Below, piece by piece: positions 13,031 through 25,797 of a stretch of 64,000 nt of DNA. Under the pieces are notes generated by a model. The model had not been told where the DNA came from, ran no database searches, and was given only the letters and a program-made list of their open reading frames with translations. Numbering within the stretch: position 1 is the stretch's first letter; every line of letters begins with the position of its first letter. The translations under genes were made by a program, and so were the position numbers. The stretch is from assembly GCA_964270895.1 (NCBI GenBank), contig OZ185450.1; one strand, written 5' to 3'. Source of the stretch: Podarcis filfolensis (Eukaryota).

Positions 13031-14267
13031 AACCAACTAAGTTTGCACTGGTGCACACACCACTGGCAAACCATCTGAAAGAAAAGAGTTAAGGGCTACA
13101 GGAAACCATCAAGCTTGGGTAATGAATTTGAGGAAATGGGTGCATCACTGGTTCACCTCTCCCCTGCCCCTCCTCTTCCTTTTTTCTGCCAATAATTCCT
13201 TTCCTTTCCCTTCCCCTCCTTCCCTGTCCTCTGGTCAAAGAAAGATGTGTATCACATCCCGCTGGGAGGAGACTGTAGACAAAGATCTGTCAATTTCTAA
13301 GGCTGTTTTCTAAAAGCTTTCTTCTCCCTTTTTTCCTTGCTTTGTTTTCCACCTGCCTGTACCAAATCTTTAAAAAAGAAAATGCTGCTATTAATAATAC
13401 ATGGCTTGGTTTGTTCGCTTTCAGTTTTCCCCATGATCCAAATACAGGTTGGTATTCAAGTGAGTGAGGGGGAATTGTTTATCCCAAACTTTGCTTCTTA
13501 CAGGTTGTTTGGTACTTTGCTCCCCTTTTGAACATCTTGCCCCCTCCTGTCGCTGATGATGCTTGCTTGGACTCATCCATGCCACTTGGCTTTTGATTGT
13601 AGCAACTCATCTTGGGTATTTTAGCCAGCAGCTGTTAACCTACTATGTTGCCAGGCACAATTTCTATACACACAAACCTTTGCAGATGCAACCCCAGAGC
13701 CTATTTATATTATTATTGTTGTTCAGCAAATGGTTCTAGGTTACACATTGTGCACTTAATCTGTATGACATTTCTTTCTTTCTTTTTTCCCCAGAAATTG
13801 AAGTGTTTTCACAGCAAAATGGACCAACTTCTTGCAAATGGACAATTGTTTGAAAACTGGAATGAAGGCACTGACTTTTAGTCAGTGAAGTGGGGCTTTT
13901 TTTTTTTTTTTTAGGTATGCAAGCTTTGTTTTGTTTTTACCATAATATTGAAAGCAACTCACAACAATCAGAAAACACAACACTTTCAATAAAACCTTAT
14001 ACCTTAACGTTCAAAACTAGGACAAAAATAGATGCAAAAGATGCACAGATGAATATCCACTCCCTTGCCTCAAAACCTGCCTGGCTTTTGCAAACATTAT
14101 CATTGACTGTACACAAAACTTTGAGGACTTTCACCAGTATTCAGAGATAATGCTCCCTCTGAATCCAGAAATATAGTAACTATAACATATAGTTGGGGAG
14201 GGGTGTAAAACCCTTACCTTAACTTGCAAGAGTAGGGTAACCAGCAAAAGAGGGGAACCTGTTTCAC

Positions 14268-14721
14268 TAGGAGGGTTGGGAGAGAAATTCAATTCAGTTC
14301 ACATTTAAAGGTGAATCTATGGATTGCACACATTTTGAAATAACATGAGAACCAAAACACAGGCATCCTTCAAAATTCACACTTATCCAAATTTTGTACT
14401 ACATTGCTCCAACCATCTATTTATTTTTTATTTGAAAAAAATGCATACTCCGGTGGAAATTGTGCATTAAAATTAATAGATCCATGACAATAAGATCCAC
14501 AAATGGGTTATATTAGGAGAAATTGCTTGTAAAAATGTGTACATTAGTAGTAAACTTTTTTTAAGCATACAAAATGTGTTTATTAGAAATACTGACAAAT
14601 TTTCATGATGATATTTTGTGAAATAAATTTGCAAATTGCTGCAGAAATGTGGAAAATTGATTTTAAGATTGGAAAAGTGAAAAACCAAGAGAATTGACAT
14701 TGACAAACCTTTCCACCACTA
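14268..14721 (+). mobile_element. AT-rich non-autonomous DNA element (TAGGGATG-terminus family, probable hAT MITE)
   Basis: Colinear with the other copies in this window. Confidence 0.6.
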
Positions 14722-15199
14722 GTTGCTAGGCTGTAAGGTATCCACTCTGCCTTGCACAGCACTGTAACTAGAATTAACAATTCCAAGCAAGATCTGAAGA
14801 ACTATCTCAGTTTGAAATAGTCACTAGCAAGAATTTGCATACACTGTTTTCCTGATTCCTGGCAATACTTTCTCCCTCTTTGCATTTGCAAGCTTTGCAT
14901 TACTTTGCTTTGTTGCATGTGAAGAATCTCTGCATTTGTAACCCACTGTATGGAATGACTTAGATATGGTTTTGGACCAATGAGAAATGTCTTGTCATGC
15001 TTTTCTCTCTCTCTTCAGGGTGGGGCATCTCTCATGTTTTAGCTCCCCTTTTCAAAAACAGCTCCTTCTTCATTTATATTTGTGGACTAGCCAGACTAAT
15101 TGATATATTAATTAATTTCATTTTATTTTTGCCTGTAACCTTTCATTGACTTATCTGCAAGCAGGACCAGTGCAGAGGATTTTTCTGGTGCAGCTGTCC

Positions 15200-15485
15200 A
15201 GAAAAAATAATGTGTAAAGAGACGTGTTTCAAAAAGTGTACATAAAAATGCATTTATTAGCAAAAACGACATATAAAAATGCAGCATATTGGGGAAAATG
15301 CTTGCAACAATGTGTGTGTCGGGCACAATTGCAAAAGAAAAAAAGAAGTGTGGCGCAGGAGAACATTTCACTAAATGCTGAAACGAGGGCTTTAAAACAC
15401 ACACACAAATGGAAATGTGGAGAACTGAAGACTGGGAAAAGGAGAAACTGAGAGAAACCAAAACTGACAGATCTGTCCATCTGGA
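15200..15485 (+). mobile_element. 3' half of a TAGGGATG-family element
   Basis: AAATGTGGAGAACTG...GAAACTGAGAGAAACCAAAACTGACAGATCTGTCCATC is shared with the other copies. Confidence 0.55.
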
Positions 15486-15683
15486 CTCTAAGACTAATTG
15501 TCTCAAATGATCATTATCTGCACAAACTGCAAATCTCCCAGGATTTATATAGTACCAATATAGAGCCCTTTAACTAGGCTTGCCACACTTTCAGAAAATT
15601 CTGGACATGCCTGGAAATCGGATGCCTAAATGGCATCTGGGTGGAATTTTTGAATTTTAAGAGATATCCAGAATTTCCAGAAC

Positions 15684-15723
15684 AGAAGAAGAAGAAGAAG
15701 AAGAAGAAGAAGAAGAAGAAGAA

Positions 15724-15753
<30 letters not shown>
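15684..15753. repeat. Compound (AAG)n(TAG)n microsatellite forming the tail of the adjacent SINE
   Basis: Direct reading; abuts the SINE 3' end. Confidence 0.9.
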
Positions 15754-15754
<1 letters not shown>

Positions 15755-15979
15755 TTGGATTTGATATCCCGCTTCATCACTATCCGAAGGAGTCTCAAGT
15801 GGCTAACATTCTCCTTTCCCTTCCTCCCCACAACAAACACTCTGTGAGGGCTGTGAGACTTGAAAGAAGTGAGACTAGCCCAAGGTCACCAAGCAGCTGC
15901 ACGTGGAGGAGCGGAGATGCGAACCTGGTTCCCCAGATTACGAGTCTATCGCTCTTAACCACTACACCACACTGGCTCT
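15754..15979 (-). mobile_element. tRNA-derived SINE with L2-like tail
   Basis: Reverse complement reads GAGAGCCAGTGTGGTGTAGTGGTTAAGAGCG...GGTTCGCATCTCC (A and B boxes), then GGTGACCTTGGGCTAGTC and a simple-repeat tail. Confidence 0.8.
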
Positions 15980-16462
15980 CATAGGGCAACTTAGGGCAAC
16001 TTGTGTCTCTCCTCCCCCCTCCAGTTTTCTGCCCCCCATAACTTTTTTCAGAGGTGTTTTTTGATTTGTTTTGTTTTTTTAAAGTGGGGGACTCTGTCAC
16101 TTCCCTTAGCCGGAGAGGGGTGGAGAGGGAGGAAGGCGACATAGCAGTGGTGCAACTGGAGCTGCCGCTGCTGCGAACCTGGCCGTTTTCATTTTTTCCA
16201 GGGGGTTTTCAGAGTTTTGTTTTTTCTTGTTTTTGCCTGGGCCTTCCCCTGCAACGGTGGTGGCAGCTCTACTGCTGGGGAAGGCCCAGGCAGGATGGAG
16301 AGGTTGTGGAGCCGATGTAACAGCCACAGCCAGCAGCCGCGGCTCCATGGCCTTTCCGGTCCTGCCTGGGCCTTCCCCACCCAGCAGCTACAGCCCCAAC
16401 GACACCTCAAGCCATGTCAGAGGAGTAGTGGGATTTTCACTTTGGGGAATATGGCAACCCTA
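15980..16462. mobile_element. Putative hAT-type non-autonomous element remnant with internal inverted repeats
   Basis: Ends in TGGCAACCCTA (TAGGGTTGCCA-type TIR). Contains CCTGGGCCTTCCCC three times, in both orientations. Left end and TSD unclear. Confidence 0.4.
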
Positions 16463-17355
16463 CCTTGAACCTTTCTTGCTTGCTAACCAGGGTGAAAACT
16501 GTCACACAGAAGCCCCTGTGCCATGCCAACTCGGCAAGGCCTCCCAGCCAGCCGTCCCCTGTCACCTACGGCCACGACAGCTTCCACCTTAGTGAGATGC
16601 CTCCCAACAGTGGCCTGTCAGCAACAACTACGGCTTGGGCAGTGGAGGGAGCAACACCTTGCCACTGCCAATTAGGGCTTGAGCATCTCAGCTGCTATCT
16701 GGTTTTAGTCCTAATCAGCTGCCTGTCCTTATCAATAATTAGCCGGAGGCAGGGGAAGAAAAATGCCAGGTTACAAGCTAATATTTCCCACATACTGTAC
16801 AGTCATGAATCATACCGCCTCCAAACCTGCCACTGCTAATAATAAATGTGGATGGAACAATTACCTCTGCTAAAATAGCTCGGTTCATGCTATTTAGGGA
16901 GAAGCTTGCACTTGTGGTGGTGTTATTTCACAGCCACCCTGTAGCTTGTTTTCAGCCTGGACAGAGGCCCAGGCCTCAGTTCATCTGAATTACCTTGGTT
17001 GCTGTCAGTCAGGATTTAACTGTCAGTTGCTACCAATAACCCACCAGAGTCATCCGGGCTATGCCTTTCATCTGCCATCTTTTGCCCTAGCTCCAGCCAG
17101 CTTGCATGGTGGGGGGCAGTTTGTAAAATAATAGAGATTTATTAAAGGATGCCTCCTCCACTGCTTCTGTTACTTTATTGTTCCTCAGTCCTGTGTTCCA
17201 CTCCTTTAACTGACTTCCAATTAAACCAGAACTATCTCTGAAATTACTTCTGGAAATGGAGCATGCAGTTTGATGCTGCTTCTAGTTCTTTCATTTGTTC
17301 ACACACACACACACCCTACCCTGTTGCTGATGCGCATGTCTTCATAAAATGTCTG

Positions 17356-17556
17356 CAGACCCTCCAAATGTCCCTATTTTCCAGGGACAGTCCCAAATTC
17401 ATAGAAGCCATCCCAGTTTCTGATCTTAGGACGTCCCCATTTCCATTAGAGAAATGTTGGAGGGTATGGTAGGATGTCCCTATTTCCATAAGAGAATCCT
17501 TGAAGGGTATGGAATAGGACCTCCTGTTTTTCATCAGAGAAATGTTGGAGGGTATG
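17356..17556. mobile_element. hAT-type MITE with triplicated right end
   Basis: TIRs CAGACCCTCCAA / TTGGAGGGTATG, GTCCC subterminal motifs, and TGTCTG on both sides. Confidence 0.65.
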
Positions 17557-18576
17557 TGTCTGATTTCTTTATAAAGGACCTACAAAAAAAGTTGGGACTA
17601 TATAAATGCATGATAATTATTTTTGTGCAGTGCTTTACTGACGTATCTGAATGCACATGCACGTCAACAAAACACATTCATTAAAATTCAATAAAAAAAT
17701 TGGGACACACACATACACATCACCCCAAGCAAATCTTGATGACTTATGGAGACCAATCAGGTCCACACCATGGCTACATATCAGGGATGCTGTAAACAGC
17801 AGATATCCTGCATTGTCAGGAGATTGAATTAGATCTGGGGTAGTCATGTTGCCCTCCAGATGTTGTTGGACTACAGCGCTCATTAGCCCTAGCCCACCTA
17901 GCAAATGGCCGGAGTTGACCGAAATCCTAGTCCAAGAACATCTAGATAGGACGTACCCTTTGAGGTTCCTCCCAACTATATGATTCTATAGTCAATATCA
18001 CTTTATTGCATGCTTTATTAAGGTGAGCATGTATTTTAGCAGTGTGCGCAGGGAGGGTGGGCATGAAGGAACTGAAAGTTCCAGGAAACATGCATACATC
18101 CTGCTCTGTAAAAAGTTAATAACAAAAACAGGGCAATGGAGAATTTTGAGTGTTGTCCTCCACAGGAAACAGCAACACAGAATCATAGCTTGAGAGATTC
18201 CGGGAGCTGTTGGGATGAAGAGAATCTTGGAAATATTACCATTAAAAAAAACACCACCACCACCCAGAAAATATGAACCCTGTTAAGATCACATTCTCTT
18301 AGCCCTAGATGTGCTTTAGTCTGTGACAAAATTGTAAAGAGTTGCTACTGCCTAGGTTTCAGTGGGGAGTTTGAGTGGAAAAGATTTTCAATAGCTAATT
18401 TAGGCAGATGATTCCTGCTCAGAGTCAAGAAAGTTCAAGAATTGCACAACTCACTTCACTCAACCAAAATTGCCAAAAAATCAAAACAAATAAACTTACA
18501 CTTTTACGGCCTGTGATGGGAGCTGTTGACCCTGTACCTTGGTTTGGTTCCTCACTCCCATATGGTACTATATGTT

Positions 18577-18577
<1 letters not shown>

Positions 18578-18611
<34 letters not shown>

Positions 18612-18612
18612 A

Positions 18613-18642
<30 letters not shown>
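18578..18642. repeat. (TG)n followed by (AGAC)n microsatellite
   Basis: Direct reading. Confidence 0.9.
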
Positions 18643-18643
<1 letters not shown>

Positions 18644-18919
18644 AGATGTTACTCTATAGATTGTCACATGCACTCATGTTCCTATTAGAGGAAGAAGAAA
18701 GACAACTGAGCAACAGCTAATGGAGAGATGACGTGATGAGAACCCTCCATAGTCTGAGTGGTGGAAGTTTTCATATCTGTATTGGAGAGGGATTTCAGTT
18801 TCAAGCCGATCTTACACCTTAATAATTGTTGATATATACTATTGTTGTACTGTGTATTTTGGATCTATGGACCACAATAAAGCTGTGTGTGTGTGTGTGT
18901 GTGTGTCCCCCCCTTGTTT

Positions 18920-19290
18920 CCTCATATTTCTAGCATTGTGTTCAGTTTTCTTTACCAGTTTGCATTTTTTAAAAAACAATAATAATAAAATCTCATGCAA
19001 ATTTCTCAGCATTTTGGTGGAAATTTATCCTACTATATCCTTTATGTGAAACCTTTCCATAATACACATTTTTGCAAAACAGTTTCCCCTAATTACTTTC
19101 ACTAATATATGCATTTATAAGCACACTTTCATATATGCATTTTTGCACAGATCACTTGCCTGGAGAACTGCAATGTAAACTATGGACAGGTGTGGATGTC
19201 AAAAGATGGTTATGTTTTGGTTCGCATATTATTTTGGAAAGTGCAGATTAGATCAGTTTGCCCTTTTACATGTAGCTTCATCAGATTTGG
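18920..19290 (-). mobile_element. TAGGGATG-family element, degraded
   Basis: Reverse-complement similarity to 14268-14721. Confidence 0.5.
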
Positions 19291-19534
19291 CCCTCATACC
19301 TATCACTCATGGACCTTTGTCTCTGTAGGAGATCCATTTAAATCCTATGGATCTTGGGATACCCTCCCAGAGATCCTAAGATCACACACACTTACATCAT
19401 ATTTAGTTGTTATCATTGAGCACTACCAACAACAAGCAGCAGGGGAAACTGTGGTTGTTATCTCAGTCTGTGAAGTTACTGTGAAGTTACAAAAGGCTCT
19501 TGTGGCCATTGTGAAGCCCTATAGTGGTTTTTGT

Positions 19535-19890
19535 GGGTGTGGGTTAAACCACAGAGGGTGGCGCTGTGGGTTAAACCACAGAGCCTAGGACTTGCCGATC
19601 AGAAGGTCGGCGGTTCGAATCCCCATGACAGGGTGAGCTCCCGTTGCTCGGTCCCTGCTCCTGCCAACCTAGCAGTTCGAAAGCACGTCAAAGTGCAAGT
19701 AGATAACTCTGGCGGGAAGGTAAACGGCATTTCCGTGTGCTGCTCTGGTTCAACAGAAGTGGCTTAGTCATGCTGGCCACATGACCCGGAAGCTGTACGC
19801 CGGCTCGCTCGGCCAATAAAGCGAGATGAGCGCAGCAACCCCAGAGTCGGTCACGACTGGACCTAATGGTCAGGGGTCCCTTTACCTTTA
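19535..19890 (+). mobile_element. Sauria SINE with duplicated 5' segment
   Basis: GGGTGGCGCTGTGGGTTAAACCACAGAGCCTAGGACTTGCCGATC head and ACCTTT tail. Confidence 0.95.
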
Positions 19891-20958
19891 ATGACAGAAA
19901 GCCACACAATTCCTGCAAGGTTCATTTTCCCTAAAAGCGAAGGTCTAGGTATTGTGTTCTGCAGCTATCGAGAGGGTCAGCAGCTCTCTCAGCTACGTGG
20001 CCTGAAGTTTTCCATTCTCTTCTCTGAAAAGCAACTTCACAACACGTGGGGTTGAAATTCACCGCTGGGGACTCTGCCATTCAGATAGGGGATCCTGCCC
20101 AGGAATGCCAAAAGCTGCTGTTTTTACGGATGCTGTTGTTTTGGAAAGCGCTTCCCATCCCGCTGAAGATGGAATATGCTGCATCTGTGGGGAGCTGAGG
20201 AAGGTTACCAAGACACCAGAGTGAAGCTAAGTTGCTCCAAACTGTTCCTAGTATGGTGTCAAATCAGAGTTGTTAATTGGTGTGAGAGCAACTGTAGGCA
20301 ACCCGTTGTTTGCAGACTAAACCACCACCGAGCTCATAGCAAGCTAATTCCCACCTCAGGAAAGGGTTCTTTGATTTTATTTCACTGTGTGCAGAGGAGA
20401 TGTAAGCTGGAGCAAAGGGGTCAGATCTTATTGATGCATCTATTCACATAACGTCCAGATTATGCTTGTATGAATCCCTGGATTGCAGACCCACAAATAT
20501 GTCAGAGTCAGCATACCATACAATGTCCGTAGCATCTACACCCATGGCTCCGTTGGAAAGTACCTGCGCTTTGCTGCTGATTTCGCCCAATCCAGGGACA
20601 CCATTTAGGGAGGGAAAATGGGTATTATTCCTCTCCTACATTTCTGATTGTATAGTTGAGACTCATCTGTTAGGGTTAATGGGCCACTGCCACACTCACC
20701 TCAGCCAGCCCCCATGTGCCTGCCTTCTTCCTTTCACCCAGTGCAGGGGGTGTCTCTGGCTATCAGGTACCTCCTCCTTAGACTATGTGCCAAACGACAA
20801 CTCTGCCTGTTCCTTGACTCTGGCTCCACCTAATGTCCACCACGCTGCTTTTTGCCCTACCTGTCCCAATGGCTCCAACCACCACTCCTATCAGGAGCAC
20901 CTGTATGTCTAGCCAACTCACTGGTTTCCACTCATTAAGTGACAAATACACATACACA

Positions 20959-21138
20959 CAGAGGTGCCAACTTGAATAAAATATTGGGGGGGCAGGTAAG
21001 CATAGTCAATCACATGATGCAGCACATGCACACGATTTGAATGGCAATACCCACACACTTTTTTGGGGGGCGGCCCCCTCAAATATTGTTTTTTTGGGGG
21101 GGCAAAGGGACCTCAGCCCCTAGGAGTTGGCTCCTATG
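20959..21138. mobile_element. hAT-type MITE
   Basis: TIRs CAGAGGTGCCAAC / GTTGGCTCCTATG; TSD not preserved. Confidence 0.55.
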
Positions 21139-21645
21139 CTCCCTATGCATGCTAATGGCACAAGTGATATTTACTTCTTATTTTCAGCATGATGGGGTTG
21201 TGCTGATAGCACCACACAACACAATACCACATGGGGGTGGTGTCAACCTCCCACACCATTAGGTTACAAATTTGCAAATTTTGAGGATGGGTGACTCAGA
21301 TCCTTGCCAGAGCAGAGTTATTTAAAACACACACAAAGAGAGAGAGAGAGAGAGAGAGTGCAAAATGGCAGCTGGTATGTTGAACTGCACTTAAAGCCAC
21401 AGAAAATATGAGTTGTATGGGATCAAATGAGAGGTACTGTTGCTAAAATGTGCAAAATTGTGTGAGAAATGCTTTTTGGCCCGATAAATGTGAGAAGTCT
21501 ATATTATTGAGTGCTCAACACAGTTGGAAGATTTCAACTAAATTGTTGTGTGAGTAGCACAATCTGCTCACACAAGAGGACTCCCCTCCCTCTCCCAAAA
21601 CAGGTTTAGGGTGTTTGTGTGGAAGGAGGAGCGGGGAAAGTCCCA

Positions 21646-21648
<3 letters not shown>

Positions 21649-21702
<54 letters not shown>

Positions 21703-21870
21703 TTATTTGTACTCTGCCTATCGGACTGGGTTGTCCTAGCTACTCTTGTGTGGCTTCCAACATATATAAAAACATAACCAACCAAACCTTAAACCTTAAA
21801 AAGCTTCCGTATATACGGCTGCCTTCAGATGTTTTATAAAGATTATATGATTACCTTGTTCATCCCACAT
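21649..21870 (-). mobile_element. L2-like LINE 3' end with (AAT)n tail
   Basis: (AAT)n at 21649-21702, then sequence homologous to 55140-55280 in this window. Confidence 0.6.
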
Positions 21871-22903
21871 ATAACCCCCTTGACAATACATTGAATTCTA
21901 CCCAGTATTTCCACGATGACTATTATGCATAAGTGACATTAGACAGATTCTGGAGAGGCTAATCTCGTTATTATGAATGTGCAACAAAGCAACCAAAACA
22001 AATTCTCTTCAAATGCACTTTTTTTGTAATTTAAGGTTGAATTCACCCAAGAAAAGGATGTTTGAACCTTGCTCATAATCTCATGCTATTCCCCCCCACA
22101 CAAAAAAATCTGAAATACTGAATAGTTTCAAATAGTCAAGGCCAAACTAAGATGTATAGAGGATAGAAAACAATTCAGCTTGGAGCTGTGGTCAAATTCA
22201 GATGAGACACTACATTGTCAGAGAAATACCCCTTCGACATATGCCTTAATGGCAAATGCTCTGCATTCAGCACTGCTAAGTAAAAGCCTCTGACGACAAT
22301 ATGCGTTTGATAAAGAAATGCTATCTATGCCCTTTATTGGCTTCAATACTTGCTGGGAATTTAATATTGATGGGGTCTAGAGAAAAGCAGAGCATTTCAG
22401 GTTTATGGATGAAGTGGCAATACTAGACTAGAGTACTGAAAAAAAACCTGCAAAGTGCCCATCACAATGACAGAGGGGGGACCTGTGTTTAAGCCAGCCT
22501 TTCCACAGCTGGCACTCTCTCCAGATGTTTTGAACTACAACTCCCATCATTTCTGACCATTGGACATGCTGTCTGGAGCTGATAGGGGTCATAGTCTGAT
22601 GCTATCTGGAGACCACAGGTTACCCTACAAAGAGATTCCTTCTGATGAAAGAAAAAGGAGAAGAAACACTAATTTTATGATAGTCCAGGTCATCAAGAGT
22701 TTAAGGGCTGCACCCAATGTTATTCCAGACCCACTGAAAACTTAGTTAGACTTGAGTAACTTAGATAAATTAATTACCCTGGATCTACTCTGAGTATAAT
22801 TAGTTAGCACGTGTGGTTTGGTTTTCTTCCGCAGTCCAAATCCACAAATGGATTTCAGGTGTTCCTTGCCCTCCCAAACAATGCTTTTTTGCAGTGATGG
22901 TGG

Positions 22904-22906
<3 letters not shown>

Positions 22907-22954
<48 letters not shown>
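22907..22954. repeat. (AG)n microsatellite
   Basis: Direct reading. Confidence 0.95.
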
Positions 22955-22961
<7 letters not shown>

Positions 22962-25448
22962 TCTCTCCTTGTAGCACATTGCAGTATCTCTATCCACTGT
23001 GCATTATCTCCACAAATGACTGGCTCTTTCCAGTCAGAGATGGGTGTCTTGAGCTGGAGGAACAGGGCGGAAAGAATAAAAAATAAAATAAAACTTTAGG
23101 TGGATGGTTTTAATTAATTCCATATCCATTGTTCCAGGGAAGCTCTAACGAGGTGCAAAATACCTTGTTATTGTCAAGGCTCCTGAAGTTAACAAAACCG
23201 TTCCTGAGGATTCCCTTTGAAGTTGAAGCACTATAGCCTGCTACAGGGCACACCTGAGTACAAATAAACCCACCCAGGCAAGAGGAGCAGGTGCTTCAAA
23301 CACAGAAGCATTAGGGGAGAGCATTTGACAAAAGAGTGGGGGAGGGCAGGCAAGGGAAGAAGTGCATGGTGGGTAATTGGGGTGCTTGTTGTGTGATGTA
23401 CGCAGGCAGCTTATTTTTTTTCTCTCTCTCCTTCCCTGTCGTTCTACTTCCCCTTCACCTGCAAAAGACGGTAATGAAGCTGTCTATGAAATGGTACAGG
23501 CCTGGAAGGAAAACAGCACATTTCAGGTGCAGCAGCCCAGATGGCCAAAAGGAAGTTGGGCCTAAAAGAGTCCCTGCTTTAGGAGTAATTTATGTCCTAG
23601 AAAAACTGTGTCTTTATTTATGTATTAAAAAACAAACAAACACACCACATTTATGAACTGCTTAATATTTTACAAATCTCCAGTTGGTGCTCACTATTAA
23701 ACCAACTTTAAAGCAGAAAAGCAACATGAAACAGTGGTATGAAAGCATACTGAAACAGGAATTTCATAGAATTGCAGACTGGGAAGGGACCCCAAGGGTC
23801 ATCTAGTCCAAACCCTTGAAATACAGAAATCTGGGGAATTCAAACACATAAAACAGGGTCTAATTTTTTGGGATGAGGAAAACCTGGTGAAAAGGCAAAG
23901 TTTTTAAAAGACACCCAACTGAACTGGTGGTTTCTGCTCCGTGTATGGCAGGAGGAAGGGCAATCTACAGCACAGGGGAAATGGCAGAAGATGCCCTTAC
24001 CCCATACATGCCCCCTCAACCACTTCAATCAGTGGACCTGGCACTGTTATAGGTGCCACATAATAGCCGTTTCATATTGGTAATAACTTGACCTCTTAGT
24101 GTGGCAGCCCCTACACTTTGGAACTCCCTGCCTCTTGATATCAGGCAGGCTCCTTCCTTTTACTCTTTCTGGTGCTTGCTAAAAACATGCCAGTTTAGAC
24201 AAGCCTAGCTAGATGTTTAGAAAATTTATGTGCATTTTAATCTGTTTTTTTAGTTTATTGCTATTGAAAATGTTCAAGCGTCTTACATTATTTTTATTGT
24301 TAATTCTTCTTACTGATAAGTTTATTGTTTTTATCATTTGTGTGAACCAACACTCTAACCACGGCACCACAATGTGGGTACACCTCTTCACTGGAAGAAG
24401 GCACCCCAAAGAGGTGATACTTAGAGGTACACAGTGGGGGACATTCATTCCGTTGTGCCTCTCTGAACGGGAAGCAAATGAATGATCCCAGAGAACCAGC
24501 CAAGGTTACACATCCAACCGTCTTTTATGCAAGCTGGTTGGAGGGCGGGAAACCCAGAACAGTAACTCATGCAGAGACGTGATAGGCAGAGTCCCCTGAG
24601 GGGAAGATGGTGATTCTGCAAGGTTTCTAAACCAGAAGTGATGGAATACTCTAATTATATCTAACACAGGGACAAGCTGAATTGCCTGTCCACAGTGCCA
24701 GCTAATTGGAAAGAGCAAGGGGAAAGCAATCCATCATGCAGGGAGGCAGCAGGAACCTTCCCTCTGGGGGTGAGCACACGGGGCTCACGAGACCCTTTAA
24801 TCTTCACTTCTCACAGCGCATTAGCAGGGGGCCCACAGTTTGGGATTGACACAGGTGCTTCCAGGATAAGGGGCTCTCTTCTTTATTCTAGAGCTGGGAA
24901 AGCACCGGGGAAATTCAGACTTGTCCACGTCCTCTCCCGACTCCACCTTTTCCTTGAGCACTGCTGCTCTCCCGCCTGCCCGCTCTCCTGATCCCTGTGA
25001 CAGAATGGGGACACCATCCCAGTAATGTCAGCCGTTTGTTTGGAGTGTGGGGTGCAGCAAGCAGGCATGAATGGGGGACAGAAGGAGGGGAGTAAAAAAT
25101 AAAAAAAAAATATGCAGGCAGTTCTAATTACATCTAGGAGCTGAGTTAAGCAAGGCAAGAGTTTTCTTTAAATGGGGTGGGGGCCCTAGGAGAGGGTTCT
25201 TAGTTGCATAACACAACCCCTTGCTCCGTATGCAGGCAAGCAAGCTGTTCTGGAGGGTCAATTACAGCATACAAATGCAAGGGGGAAATTAGGGTGGTAT
25301 GCTAACTCTCTCCCCCCCCCCCCGTAATGGGCAGCTAAGCAGGCGGCAGAACAGAAAGACAGAGAAACATCAGTAATGACATATGCAAGGGATCCATCTC
25401 CTTTTTGTTCCTTGTCTTCTTGAATTCAGAGGAGATTTCTAGTTTATA

Positions 25449-25797
25449 AAGGTAAAGGGACCCCTGACCATTAGGTCTAGTCGTGGCTGACTCTGGGGTT
25501 GCGGCGCTCATCTCGCTTTATTGGCTGAGGGAGCAGGCGTACAGCTTCCGGGTCATGTGGCCAGCATGACTAAGCTGCTTCTGGCAAACCAGAGCAGCGC
25601 ATGGAAACACCGTTTACCTTCCTGCTGGAGCGGTACCTATTGATCTGCTTGCACTTTGATGTGCTTTCAAACTGCTAGGTTGGCAGGAGCAGGGACCGAG
25701 CAACGGGAGCTCACCCCGTTGCGGGGATTCGAACCACCAACCTCCTGATCGGCAAGTCCTAGCCTCTGTGGTTTAACCCACAGCGCCACCCGTGTCC
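25449..25797 (-). mobile_element. Sauria SINE, full length
   Basis: 14-bp TSD ATTTCTAGTTTATA at 25435-25448 and 25798-25811. Confidence 0.95.
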
